A DNA stretch of 64,000 nt from a virus (Duplodnaviria > Caudoviricetes). A model generated the notes under the pieces. It was not told the DNA's origin, searched no databases, and worked only from the letters and a program-made list of their open reading frames with translations. Positions 17,002 through 27,900 of this stretch are shown here, piece by piece; the stretch's first letter is position 1; each line of letters starts with the position of its first letter. A program made the translations under genes and the position numbers. The stretch covers positions 1 through 64,000 of the IMG/VR virus record IMGVR_UViG_2974556156_000001; one strand, written 5' to 3'.

Positions 17002-17231
17002 TCCCCCTCTATGACCAGTACAGCTATTGGGATCTGAAGGCCAAGATCCGGCTCAAGTCCTTGGAAAAGGTCGCGGATGCAGAACAGGCCTATGAGACTT
17101 TGGTGATCGTGATAAACAGGGCCTTGGGCGGCAAGTCCTCCTCAGGCTCTGAGGTCCCGAAAGCCGACCCATCCACGGCTCCGCGAACTGTTGCTGAGCT
17201 TGAGGCGGTCCTTAGAAGCACACTGGGGTAA
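16851..17231 (+). CDS. -1 frameshift extension of the tail chaperone (lambda T equivalent); fusion about 228 aa from 16546
   Basis: Hand translation: -1 frame open from 16851 to TAA 17229-17231, which overlaps the tape-measure ATG; no own start codon. Confidence 0.75.
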   Translation, partial: FFHEEVPGHGRSRKAAGADREGPSVVRGFLEQLNFRDAVCWAFDTVPSRLIPLYDQYSYWDLKAKIRLKSLEKVADAEQAYETLVIVINRALGGKSSSGSEVPKADPSTAPRTVAELEAVLRSTLG

Positions 17232-20200
17232 TGATGGCTGACGATCCGCAGAAGGTAGAGGTCGAAACCGAACTCAACGCCTCGCAGACCGTCCGGGGTG
17301 CCCGTGAGGCTGCTGCGGAGCTGACCAAGGTCATCGCCAAGGCAGCCGAACTGGAGAAGCTCACCCGAGCCATCTTCACCGGTCAGGGCAACCTGCCTAA
17401 GCAGTTGCAGGACTTCACCCGGTCTCTGCAGCAGGTTCAGGCTCTGCCAGCCCAGCTGGCCCAGGTACAGCGGGCCACTCGAAATATCGCCTCGGGTGGT
17501 CCGAGTGCAGCCCTGCGTAACGCCACCGTCCAGGGCGTGATCAGCAACATCCGAACCGACCCGGCCCTCCAGCTCCAGCAGATCGAGAGGGAAACTAACC
17601 GGGTTCTGCAGGCACGTCAGGAGATCTACCGGCGGGTGCGGGCAGCCATGCCCGACGAGAACTCGGCGATGCGAGTGTCAGCGGCCTACCGAGCCGCCCT
17701 AGACGCTGTGGGGGATATGCCCCAGAAGGGCACTTCTGCCTACCAAGCTTGGATCAGGAAGACCCGAACCGAGGTCCAACGTTTCGAGCAGGATTGGACC
17801 AAGATAGCCACCGAGGAGGCTCAGAAGCGCGCCCTGGCTCGCACGCGCATGAACCAGGCTACTATAGCCCAGGAACTCGCTCAACAGTCGGCCGCCCAGA
17901 AGGAGGCCACCCGCCTCTTCCGTCGGGACATGGGCGCGATCATGGGCGGCGCGACGCCTGAGGAACGCCGCACGGCTGCCACCCAGTCGGCCCAGCGCGT
18001 CCAGGACAACCTGGGCCGCCGGGGCATCACGGGCGTGGACATCACCAAGCTGATGGCCGCCTACGACCAGGCCGAGGAAACCCATTTCCTCCGGTCGGAG
18101 GCGCGTCAAGCTAACTTCCAGGCGCGTAACATGCGCTCAGAAGCCGAAAGCATGAACAAGCGCTATGACCAGGATCAGAAGTTCTGGTCTCGTCAGGAGC
18201 GCTCTGAGGCTGACCGGCTGAACAAGCAGTTCGACCGCGATCGTAAGCGAGAAGTGGAAAGCCTCCGAGCTGAGGCTGAGTTCTTGAACAAGCGCTATGA
18301 TCAGGATCAGAAGTTCTGGTCTCGCCAAGAGCGCTCCGAAGCCGACCGGATGAACAAGCAGTTCGACCGCGATCGTAGGCGGAATGATCCTCAGCTGCGA
18401 CAGGATCGTATTCGAGAGCAGGTCGAGCATCGGGAGGCTTTCCAGAACTACAACGGTGGGGCGAACAACTTCGCCAGCCGTCTGGCGTTCACCCGCGACT
18501 TCGCCGCCCAGGCCGCGCTCCTGGGCACCTTCGCCTATGCCGCGACCTCGGTGGTCGATCTGCAGACGAAGATGAAGAACTTGCAAGCTATCACTCAGGC
18601 GACCGACCTAGAGCTGAACAGCCTGCAGCGTACTGTGCTCAATGTCGGCAACACCACCAAGTTCTCGACTAGCGAGATTGCTGAAGCCGCCACCGTAATG
18701 GCTCAAGCAGGCTACAGCGCCAACCAGATCGGTGCGGCTCTGCCTGCTGTCGCTAACCTCGCCACTGGTGCGGGTGCGGCTCTGAGCGATGCGGTCAACA
18801 TCGTGACCTCGGTCCTGTCGGTCTACGACATGTCGATCGAGCGCTCTGCGCAGGTCAGCAACATGTTGGCCGAGGCTCTGAACGGGTCGAAGCTGTCGCT
18901 CGAACAGCTGAGCCTGGGTATCCAGTACGTCGGTAACATCTCAGCTGACGCGGGTGTTTCTTTCGAGGAGATGACCTCCGCTCTGGGCGCTATGGCCAAC
19001 GCGGGTATCAAGTCGGGCTCGACCTTGGGCACCGGCCTGCGAGCCCTAATCCAAGAGCTGGAGAACCCGAGCCAGAAGTTCCTGGAGCAGCTGACGGCCA
19101 TGGGGTTGACGGCAGCCGATGTGGACGTTCGCACACAAGGCCTGGCCGGCGCGCTGCAGAACCTGACCGCCAAGGGCTTCGACAGCGGTGTGGCGATGAA
19201 CACGTTCGAGGTTCGAGCCGCTTCGGCGTTCTCGGCTCTATCGAACAACATTGGGGTGATGCAACAGCTGGAGCAGTCTCTTCAAACCACCAACGCGGCC
19301 ACCCAGGCCGCTGCCGTGAACATGGAGACCTTCTCTGCTCAGTTCCAACGACTGCTGAACGCCATCACGGGTTTCACCGCTGGCGTCGGTCAGCCCTTCC
19401 TGATCATGCTTCAGGATAGTGTCGGTCTATTGGCTGATCTGCTGAACACGTCGAGTGCTTTGACGCCCGCGCTACAGCTTCTGGCCACCACCTTACTGTC
19501 TTTGATCGCCGTCAGCACGGTGGCTTGGATCGGCCGCCTGCTGGTCGGCTTCACCCACATGACCGGCGTTGTGGGCACCCTGAACATCGCCCTGGTGATT
19601 ACGACCCTGCGCACAAAGGGGTTCGCGGCGGCGGTGGGGGTCGCGGCCGGCGGCATTCGAGCTTTCACGGCGGCCCTGGCTGCTAATCCCATCACCTGGT
19701 GGACGGTTGGTCTCACGATCGCCGTTGAGGCCTTCTTCGCGTTCAAGAACGCTCAGGAGCAAAGCACAGCGGCGATGGAAGAGGCTCGCACCAAGGCCAA
19801 TCAGGCCCGAAGCGAGATGGAGAGCTATCAGGCTCGGATGTCTGAGATCACTCAGACGATCGAGATGCTGACCGCCCGCCACGCTGCCCTATCGACCAAC
19901 ACCACCCTGGCAGGTCAGGCGGCCGAGACCGCCCAGAAGAAGTTCGGGGACTGGGGTCTACAGTTGGACGCGAATGGTCGCAACGTCGACAATCTGATCT
20001 TCAAGATGGTGCAGCTACGGGCTGAGATGGCCCGACTGGCCTTGGCCCGTGCCCAAGACGAAAAGCAGCAGATCCAGGCTGAGCGGACGGAGATCGGCAA
20101 GGTCAACGGCGACACTATGGCTGGTGCTCGTCTGACCGCCCAAGGTCTACTGAACCAAAAGGCCAAGGGGCTGGATCAAGTACCTGGCCTGACGCCTCTG

Positions 20201-22699
20201 TTGCAGAAGTTCGCTCAGGGGAAGACCTCTGATGCCGAGAACCTGCAACTGCAGCAGCTGCTGCGATCGAACAGCGGTAAGATCAAGGACAGCACCCTGG
20301 CCGGGCGCACAGGCCCGCAGATCATTGTGGATGCCCTGAACAGTCCGAACCAACTGCGTCTTCAGCAGTTGAGCGCCCGTGAGCAAACCCTGAACGGTAT
20401 CATCGGCGAACAGACGGTGGGGTCCTCGGGATCGGCCGTGCGGGCAGGATCATCCATCGCTCGGTTCACCACCAACTACGCTGACATTGCTGCCAGCATC
20501 TCCAAGATGAAGCCGGAGGATCGGGCTGCTGCGCTGCTGCAGTTCCGCCAGCAACGCATCACCGAGTTCCCGGCTCTCCAGGCGGCGATCCGGGAAGAAG
20601 CCCAGAAGCAGCTCCAGGACCCGCAGGTCCGCTCAGGCTATCAGCTCAAGGCCTCGCAGCAGGGTATCAGCATCGAGCAGGCCGTCTACAACGACCTGAC
20701 GAACAACACTGGATACGCCCAGCTGGCTATGGGTGCCGGGAAGAGCACGGCCAGCACGGATCCGAAGGTGTTGCAGACGGCCCAGCAACGGCTGGCCGCC
20801 GAGATTGCTGCCGCCAAGCGGACCAAGAACACCGCCCTAGTCCAGCAGCTGTCGACCGAGAAGGCTGACATCGACAAGCGGCTGTTCGCTGCCCAGAACC
20901 CCGAGATGGACCCTCTGTCGCTTCAGGTGGCCTACGAGAACATCGACGGGAAGAACGCGGCCGGTACCGTGATGGGTGGCGGTCGTAGTGGGGTCAACCG
21001 GGCCGCTCGCAACACTGCCCAGACGGCGGCCCGCCGCGCTAAGGCCCTGGAGCGTCAGATCGAGCTGGCCTCCATGAGCACGGGTGAGCCCGGCAATCCT
21101 GCGACGGTGAACCCCGAGCTGCAGGGTCTGCTGGACGCCTGGAAGGCGGCCAAGGTCGAGAACATCAAGATGGACGCCTCGGCCACAGGCGTCACGCCCG
21201 ACGAGCTGCAGCAGCGCCTGGATGACTTTGACATCGAGGCCACCGAGTACTTTGCCAAGGTTCTGCAGGGCAACCTGGAGGCCGCCAAGAAGCTGCTGGC
21301 CGAAGCTGATGAGCGCGCGGCCACGGGTACCAGCTCGCGCTTGAAGAGCGAGATCCAGCAGGGGCAGAGCAACCTGACCGACGGACTGGCGCAGGTGCAG
21401 GACGCCTGGGCGACCGCTCTGCAGTCGGCCATGGAAGCGTCGGACCAGGAGTTCAAGACCAAGGGTGTCCTGGATCCGAGCAAGGTCGGCGAGGCGCGCG
21501 AAGCCCGTCGGAAGATCCAGGTCGACTTTGTCGAGAAGATGGTCTCGTCGCTCAACGACTTGTTCGCCGCCGAGGCCCAGAGGATCGCCAACGACGCCTC
21601 CGAGCGCCAGCGTAGCATCAACGCCGGCCGCGCCTCGGTTGCGCAATTGTCGAACTACTACGGCTCGCGCCGCCTGGGGAACGTCCAGCGCGGTCTGGGT
21701 GAGATCCAGTCGCAGCGCCTCGACGAGATCGAGGCGCGCAGCGGCTTCACGGTTGCGAGCGACAACTACAACCTGGCCGTCCAGAAGCGCGACAAGTTGA
21801 TGCAGCAGCGTAACGCGACCCTGGATCCAGGTGCGCGCGACGCCTTCAATGGTCCGCTCGCCGAGGCCAACCAGAGCGTCCAGGAAATGAGCCAGGCGCT
21901 CGACGACGCCCGCAACAACCTGGCTCAGATCACTGGGATGGCTCCTCAGTTCGCCTCTTATAGCCAGGCGGCTGGTGCCGCCTGGATGCTGATCGAGCAG
22001 CAGATGTCCATGCTTCCGAACACCTTCGAGACGTTCGGCGACGGGCTCTATGATGCCTTCGACCAGGGTCGGACGAGCTTGGCCCAGCTGGTTCGTGACG
22101 TCGCGACCGGCAGCAAGTCGATGAAGGCGTCGATCAAGGACTTTAGCCTGTCGGTGCTTGACAGCCTGATGGACATGGCAGCGAAGATGGCTGCCAACCA
22201 GTTGATCGGCATGCTCTTGAACCTGGCCGGCAGCTTCCTTGGGGGTGCGCGCTTGACCGCGTCGGCCAACGCCCTGGCAGCCAACAACGCCTCGTTCCAG
22301 GCAGCTGGGATCAACGGGCCGACCTATAGCACGCTCGGCATGAAGATGGGCGGCGAAGTGCCGCGCCGGATGGCTGCCGGCTCTCCGGCCCCGTTCCGCG
22401 ACAACGTCCTGATCAACGCCATGCCGGGCGAGTTCTTGTTGCGGCAGTCGGCCGTCGACATGATTGGCGTCGACACCTTGAACCAGATCAACGCCGCCGG
22501 TAATAGCAAGATCTCACGGATGCCCACCCTGGCCCAAGCCATGCCGAAGCGGGAACCTGATGAGGTCAACGTCTGGGTCGTTCCGCCTGAGAGCAAGCCC
22601 CCTATCGGAAAGAAGGATATCGTGGCGGCGATCAGCGAGGATATTCAGACGGGTGGGATCACCAAGAAGTTGATTAAGAACGTCCAGGTGGGAGGCTAA
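17231..22699 (+). CDS. tape measure protein
   Basis: 1822 aa Ala/Gln-rich; TTKFSTSEIAEAATVMAQAG tape-measure core; C-terminal GGEV...PGEF motif. Confidence 0.92.
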   Translation: MMADDPQKVEVETELNASQTVRGAREAAAELTKVIAKAAELEKLTRAIFTGQGNLPKQLQDFTRSLQQVQALPAQLAQVQRATRNIASGGPSAALRNATVQGVISNIRTDPALQLQQIERETNRVLQARQEIYRRVRAAMPDENSAMRVSAAYRAALDAVGDMPQKGTSAYQAWIRKTRTEVQRFEQDWTKIATEEAQKRALARTRMNQATIAQELAQQSAAQKEATRLFRRDMGAIMGGATPEERRTAATQSAQRVQDNLGRRGITGVDITKLMAAYDQAEETHFLRSEARQANFQARNMRSEAESMNKRYDQDQKFWSRQERSEADRLNKQFDRDRKREVESLRAEAEFLNKRYDQDQKFWSRQERSEADRMNKQFDRDRRRNDPQLRQDRIREQVEHREAFQNYNGGANNFASRLAFTRDFAAQAALLGTFAYAATSVVDLQTKMKNLQAITQATDLELNSLQRTVLNVGNTTKFSTSEIAEAATVMAQAGYSANQIGAALPAVANLATGAGAALSDAVNIVTSVLSVYDMSIERSAQVSNMLAEALNGSKLSLEQLSLGIQYVGNISADAGVSFEEMTSALGAMANAGIKSGSTLGTGLRALIQELENPSQKFLEQLTAMGLTAADVDVRTQGLAGALQNLTAKGFDSGVAMNTFEVRAASAFSALSNNIGVMQQLEQSLQTTNAATQAAAVNMETFSAQFQRLLNAITGFTAGVGQPFLIMLQDSVGLLADLLNTSSALTPALQLLATTLLSLIAVSTVAWIGRLLVGFTHMTGVVGTLNIALVITTLRTKGFAAAVGVAAGGIRAFTAALAANPITWWTVGLTIAVEAFFAFKNAQEQSTAAMEEARTKANQARSEMESYQARMSEITQTIEMLTARHAALSTNTTLAGQAAETAQKKFGDWGLQLDANGRNVDNLIFKMVQLRAEMARLALARAQDEKQQIQAERTEIGKVNGDTMAGARLTAQGLLNQKAKGLDQVPGLTPLLQKFAQGKTSDAENLQLQQLLRSNSGKIKDSTLAGRTGPQIIVDALNSPNQLRLQQLSAREQTLNGIIGEQTVGSSGSAVRAGSSIARFTTNYADIAASISKMKPEDRAAALLQFRQQRITEFPALQAAIREEAQKQLQDPQVRSGYQLKASQQGISIEQAVYNDLTNNTGYAQLAMGAGKSTASTDPKVLQTAQQRLAAEIAAAKRTKNTALVQQLSTEKADIDKRLFAAQNPEMDPLSLQVAYENIDGKNAAGTVMGGGRSGVNRAARNTAQTAARRAKALERQIELASMSTGEPGNPATVNPELQGLLDAWKAAKVENIKMDASATGVTPDELQQRLDDFDIEATEYFAKVLQGNLEAAKKLLAEADERAATGTSSRLKSEIQQGQSNLTDGLAQVQDAWATALQSAMEASDQEFKTKGVLDPSKVGEAREARRKIQVDFVEKMVSSLNDLFAAEAQRIANDASERQRSINAGRASVAQLSNYYGSRRLGNVQRGLGEIQSQRLDEIEARSGFTVASDNYNLAVQKRDKLMQQRNATLDPGARDAFNGPLAEANQSVQEMSQALDDARNNLAQITGMAPQFASYSQAAGAAWMLIEQQMSMLPNTFETFGDGLYDAFDQGRTSLAQLVRDVATGSKSMKASIKDFSLSVLDSLMDMAAKMAANQLIGMLLNLAGSFLGGARLTASANALAANNASFQAAGINGPTYSTLGMKMGGEVPRRMAAGSPAPFRDNVLINAMPGEFLLRQSAVDMIGVDTLNQINAAGNSKISRMPTLAQAMPKREPDEVNVWVVPPESKPPIGKKDIVAAISEDIQTGGITKKLIKNVQVGG
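18155..18378 (+). repeat. 132-bp (44-aa) tandem duplication inside the tape measure gene
   Basis: NKRYDQDQKFWSRQERSEADRxNKQFDRDR at 18155 and 18287. Confidence 0.9.
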
Positions 22700-22700
22700 A

Positions 22701-23093
22701 ATGCCGTTGGAGGTCTTCCCCTTCGTCAACCACACGCCGCGCCACGTCTACCCTAAGGGCGACGCCTTCCAGTTCGGAGGTGGTTATGTCTTCGCGGCCA
22801 AGCCGCAGCAAGTTCAGAGGCGGATCATCCTCTCGTTCCAGGCTTTGATCTGGTACAAGAACGTGGCCGGGACGGCTTTCGATAGTACTATCGATCCCGA
22901 GAACAATGCTCTGAATTTCGACGAGTTCTACCGACGGCATCTGACCTACAAGTCGTTCACCTACAACCACGACGTCTATGGAGCGATGGAAGTTAAGTTC
23001 GCTGCCGACGTTCCGTTCGAGATGCCCAAGACCCGCGAGGGTGGAGTGGGCGTCACGGAGTCCTTCGAAGTAACACTAGTCGAGCAGCCGTGA
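22701..23093 (+). CDS. distal tail protein (lambda M-like)
   Basis: 130 aa immediately after tape measure; FGGGY pattern. Confidence 0.65.
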   Translation: MPLEVFPFVNHTPRHVYPKGDAFQFGGGYVFAAKPQQVQRRIILSFQALIWYKNVAGTAFDSTIDPENNALNFDEFYRRHLTYKSFTYNHDVYGAMEVKFAADVPFEMPKTREGGVGVTESFEVTLVEQP

Positions 23094-23578
23094 GCACCAA
23101 CGCCCCCGCCGAGCACCTCCTTGACGCCCTCCAGATGGAGGGCGACGCCAAGCTGGATCTCTGGGAGATCCGGCTCAAGACGGTGCCGACCATCTTCCGC
23201 TTCTGGAACGGTAAGAGCCTCACCTGGCAGGGTAACCTGTACGAGGGCATGGCCTGCCAGCTCAGCGGCGAGAGCAATCCCAGCGAGGGACAGTCCAGCC
23301 GACCCATCCTCACGGCTGTCAACCCCGAGAACATCTTTGGCCCCTTTGCGAGCGACGGTCTGTTCGACCTGGCCGAAGTTATCCGCAAGCGGGTGCTTCA
23401 GACCCACGCGATCTCCAACACCAACCTCTTCGAGCAGCGGGTGTGGATCTGTGGCCGGCCGTCTGGTGTCAGCGACCAGCTGATCCAGCTGGAGCTGCGC
23501 TCGCCGACCGACATGCCAGCCTGGAAGACGCCGCGCCGCACCTACAGCCCTCCCGACTTCCCTTTCATCGTGTCGTAA
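23090..23578 (+). CDS. minor tail protein (lambda L-like)
   Basis: TWQGNLY, IRKRVL, IQLELRSP..P.R pattern of L-like proteins; position. Confidence 0.65.
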   Translation: MSTNAPAEHLLDALQMEGDAKLDLWEIRLKTVPTIFRFWNGKSLTWQGNLYEGMACQLSGESNPSEGQSSRPILTAVNPENIFGPFASDGLFDLAEVIRKRVLQTHAISNTNLFEQRVWICGRPSGVSDQLIQLELRSPTDMPAWKTPRRTYSPPDFPFIVS

Positions 23579-23579
23579 G

Positions 23580-24101
23580 ATGAACTATCAGCACCTCATC
23601 GGCCTAGCCTGGGATCCCGAGACCGAGCACTGCTTCACGCTGCTGCGTCGGTTCTACCAAGACGTCTACGGCATCACGCTAACCGATTACGCCAACCCCA
23701 CCGAGTGGTGGAAGGGTGGCCAGATGGATCTCTACGCCCAGCTGGCCGAGGGCGAGGGCTTCGAGATCGTCCACGCCCACCCACGCGACTGGCTCCCCGG
23801 CGACGTCATCATCATGGCGATCAACGCCCCTGTGGGGAACCACTGCGCGGTTCTGCTGGACAACGGGAAAATTCTCCATCACCTAGTGGGTCAGCTGTCC
23901 ACCGAGACCGATTACGGCGGGCTCTTCCGCAATACCACCGTGGGGGTCTACCGGCACCGGGACGTCCCCAAGCAGAAGCCACCTGAGACCCTCGTCGATG
24001 TCCGAGAATACCTCTCCCCCGCTGTCCGCCGCCGAGTTGAAGAACTCCAGCGACGTCGAGAAGCTGCTGCTGCAGATGATGGGGGAACTGGGGACGCCTG
24101 A
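23580..24101 (+). CDS. NlpC/P60 tail-tip protein
   Basis: HCFTLLRRFY catalytic Cys; NHCAVLL...ILHH His pair. Confidence 0.85.
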   Translation: MNYQHLIGLAWDPETEHCFTLLRRFYQDVYGITLTDYANPTEWWKGGQMDLYAQLAEGEGFEIVHAHPRDWLPGDVIIMAINAPVGNHCAVLLDNGKILHHLVGQLSTETDYGGLFRNTTVGVYRHRDVPKQKPPETLVDVREYLSPAVRRRVEELQRRREAAAADDGGTGDA

Positions 24102-24378
24102 ACGAGGCGGCTTCGTTCTGGAGGACGGGACGCTCCTGGAGTTCCCCAACAACTCGCCCGAGCCCAACGAAGGGGCCAGCCTGGAAATTGGTGTGGAGCA
24201 GCTGCCGCTGCTCGACTACGCCATCGCCACCTGGCATACCCATCCAGGGGCGACCGCCAACCTCTCGGTCGGCGACGCCGAGACCTTCACCCAGTGGCCC
24301 AACATGCTGCACGCGATCGTGGGCACGAACGGGGTTCGCTGGTACGGGGTCAAGAACGGGGCGGTGATCAATGCGTAG
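23998..24378 (+). CDS. JAB/MPN+ metalloprotease tail protein
   Basis: ERGG plus WHTHPGATANLSVGD matches JAMM E..HxH-x7-S-x2-D; start uncertain. Confidence 0.85.
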   Translation: MSENTSPPLSAAELKNSSDVEKLLLQMMGELGTPERGGFVLEDGTLLEFPNNSPEPNEGASLEIGVEQLPLLDYAIATWHTHPGATANLSVGDAETFTQWPNMLHAIVGTNGVRWYGVKNGAVINA

Positions 24379-24928
24379 GCGCATCCACCTCCATGGAGCC
24401 TTCGCGGGCTTTCATGACGGGCCGATCGAGATCGAGGCCGAGACCGTCTGGGAGGCGATCGAGGCGATGACTTATCAGGTCCTGGGCTTCGCCCCGGACG
24501 CCATCACCGGACGCAAGCGGCTCAAGGTCGTCGGCTACGAGACCATCGAGAAGCTGAAGGCCTTCGGCGATCAGACCATCGACATCCACGTCCTGCCGGC
24601 CCTGACCTTCGGGAAGGATGGTGGCTTGATCCAAACCGTGGTTGGTGTCGCGCTAATCGTGGCCGGCCTCTTCATGCCGCCGGGCTCACCCTGGCAGATC
24701 GCGTTCATCTCGGCGGGTCTGAGCTTCACGATCGGCGGCGTCATGCAGATGATCTCGCCGCAGCCCCAGCTTGGCTCGACCAACGACAATGAGGTCCGAT
24801 CGAAGTATCTGGGCGGCATCACCAACACGGTGAAGATTGGCACGCCCATCGCCTTGCTTTATGGAGAAGCCCTAGTGGGCGGCCATATTCTGTCGCTGAA
24901 CATCGACGCGACGGACACTGGTCTATGA
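24371..24928 (+). CDS. tail assembly protein (lambda I-like, ubiquitin-like fold plus Gly-rich hydrophobic tail)
   Basis: RRIHLHG..EAETVWEAIEAM; IQTVVGVALIVAG; GTPIALLYGEALVGG. Confidence 0.85.
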   Translation: MRRRIHLHGAFAGFHDGPIEIEAETVWEAIEAMTYQVLGFAPDAITGRKRLKVVGYETIEKLKAFGDQTIDIHVLPALTFGKDGGLIQTVVGVALIVAGLFMPPGSPWQIAFISAGLSFTIGGVMQMISPQPQLGSTNDNEVRSKYLGGITNTVKIGTPIALLYGEALVGGHILSLNIDATDTGL

Positions 24929-27900
24929 GCAAGGTGCTGAAGTTCGGGAAGAGCAGTTCCAGCTCGAAGTCTCCCGTCCGCACACCCGACACGATGGTCA
25001 GCACCGACACGGTCGAGGTGCTGATGGGGATCTCGGAAGGTCCCATCGCCGGCCTGGTCGATGGACCGAAGAGCTTCTATGCCGATAGCACGCCTCTGCT
25101 GAACGAGACCGGCGAGCCGAACTTCAAAAACTTCGCCCTCGACTTCTACCCCGGCAATGAGACCGGCCACACTGTTCAGCTCGATCTGGGGGGTTTTTCT
25201 TCTCCGCTCAACGTCGGAGTGAACCTGGCCAAGGATGTGCCCGTCGTTCGCTCGGGCTTTGTCCAAGGCATCGACTGCGTCGACTTCCGCATCGTCGTCC
25301 AGCAGCTCATGCTGTCGAACGACAAGGGCACCTACACGACCGAGTTGAGCCTGAAGTTCGAGGTCAAGAAGAAGACCTCCTCTACCTGGTCGCCAGCCTG
25401 GATTTCAGAGGGATCGACCACCGGGCTCGACGTCACCGACGACGAGAACGTCGCCAGCTACCGGTACTACAACTCCGATCCTGAGATCGCCTCCTTCGAG
25501 GGGGACGTTCAGGCCTATACTTCGACGACGCCGCCGGTTGCGCCGCCAGTTGATCCCACCCAGGTGGCCTATAGCTTCAAGCCGAACACGGCGGGCACGG
25601 ACATCGACGGCGTCTACCGCTGGTCGACTAGCACCCAAAGCTGGTCGCCTGTGACGCCCTCGCCGGCCGACCCCCGCTACACGCTTCTGGCTGATGGTCG
25701 TCGTGTCTATAAGGTCAGTGCCGAAGCACCGGCCGACGCACGTCAGGGCGACCTCTGGAACACCCTCCTGGGCCTGGTAGGCGCGAGCAACATGCGAGTG
25801 CTCGTCTGGAACGGCACCGCCTGGGTCAAGCCCAGCGAGTATCAACCCCAACCGGTCGCGACGATCACCAATGGCATTTGGACGACCAATGCCAAGGTCA
25901 GCTCTCCGACGCCGAAGGACATTCGTGTCTATCTGCAAGACGCTGGTCCGAACGACGAATGGGAATACCGGGTCACCAAGCTGTCGGCCGACAGCACGAC
26001 TGAGATCTTCTCAGAGGTCGCCTGGGAGAGTGTGCAGGAGATCACTCGCACACCCTACACCTTCGTCGGGCTGGCCATGGCGCGCGTCATCGGCCGCGCC
26101 TCTGACCAGTTCTCGTCAATCCCGGTCTGGAGCAGTCTGTGCAAGGGCCGCATCGTCAAGGTGCCGTCGAACTACGATCCCGTGACGCGGATCTACACCG
26201 GCGTCTGGGATGGCACCTACAAGCTGGCCTACACCAACAACACGGCCTTCATCTTCCAGGACTTTGTCGAGAACACCCGCTACGGGCTCTCGTCGGTGTT
26301 CCCGCACGTCGTGAACAAGTGGAAGATCTACCAGTGGGGGCAGCACTGTGATGTGCAGGTCCAGAAGTTGGACGGCACCTACCAACCGCGCTGGACCTAC
26401 AACGAATGGATCCAGACGCCCCGCGACGCCAAGGAGATGGCGCAATACATCGCCGGCTCGGCGGGTGCGCTCTATGTCGATGACGGCAACGGCATCGTGG
26501 ACGTCATCATCGACGTGGATGCTCCTGCCGTCGCGATCTTCGGTATCGAGAACACCAACGAGGACGGCTTTAAGTACAGCTACACCGATCGGCTGACTCG
26601 GCCGAACGAGTACACGGTCAACTTCATCAACCCGGATCTGAACTGGCAGCAGGACAGCCGGATTGTGCGCGACGAGGACGACATCGCCCTCTTCGGTCGT
26701 ATCCCCGAGGACTTCGTCGCGACCGGCTGCACGAACGTGGACGAGGCCCTGCGCCGCGCCCGTCGCCGGCTGATCGGAGGTCTGACTGAGAAGGAGATCG
26801 TCACCTTCACGACCAACCGGAAGGGTCGCTTCCTGTCGTCGTGGGACGTGATCTTGGTCGCCGACGAGAAGATGGCCCGAGGCATCAGCGGCCGGATCAA
26901 GGCCGTGACCGGTGCCCGTCAGGTGAGCCTGCGTGACCCCGTCAGCTTCGAAGCAGGGATTGAGTACTGGGCGACCTTCGACATCGTCAATCCCGCCTAT
27001 CCGGCCACCTCGACCAGCCCCTACGTGACCGTCCGTCGCAAGATCACCAACGCGGCTGGCGCAGGCTATCTGGTTCTGAACTTCGATACCGATCTCCCGA
27101 CCCTGCCGCCCAAGGCGCAGTTCGTGATCGAGGCGGCTGGCATCCTGGGCTTCCCGAAGGCCTACCGGATCACCAACATCGAAGACGATGCGGGGACGGG
27201 TGACTACATCAAGATCACCGCCCTGGAGTTCAATCGGAACAAGTACTTCTACATCGACACTGGTACGGGCACTATCGAGCAGCCCGGCAGCAACGAGTAC
27301 ATCGTCCTGCCGCCGGAGAACCTGAAGGTTACGCCGAACGTCAAGACGATCGGCCTGATCACGACGCGCGTCCTGACCGTGAGCTGGGACGCCTCGCCGT
27401 CGAAGTGGGTCCGAGCCTACCACCTCTACCACTCGGTGAACGGTGAGCCGGCCAAGAAGTACGAGGTCACCAACGCTCTCAGCTTCGACCTGGAGGGTGT
27501 GATCCCCGGCAGCCAGGTGATCACTCTGGTAGCCGTCGACATCCGGGGCCGTGAGAGTAAGCCGGTCTCCATCGGCTACAACACCGAGGGCGAGACCCGT
27601 TGGGTGCCGGGGCCGACGAACCTGCGTCTGGTCGGTGGCGTCAACACCCTGAACTTCGACACGCCGGACGCTGCCTTCGCCTGGGATGGGCCGGCCGAAG
27701 TCGACCCTTATTTCTCGACCTATCGCACCGAGATCGTGAGGCTCACGACGGGCTTCCCTGTGCGCGTCACCGACGTCGGCACCGCCCTAACCTGGTCCTA
27801 CCTCTACGGCGACATGGTCAAGGACGTGACCCCCGGTCAGTCCCCGCCTCGATCCTTCAAGATCAACGTCTACGCCGTTGACCAGTTCGGCAACCAATCG

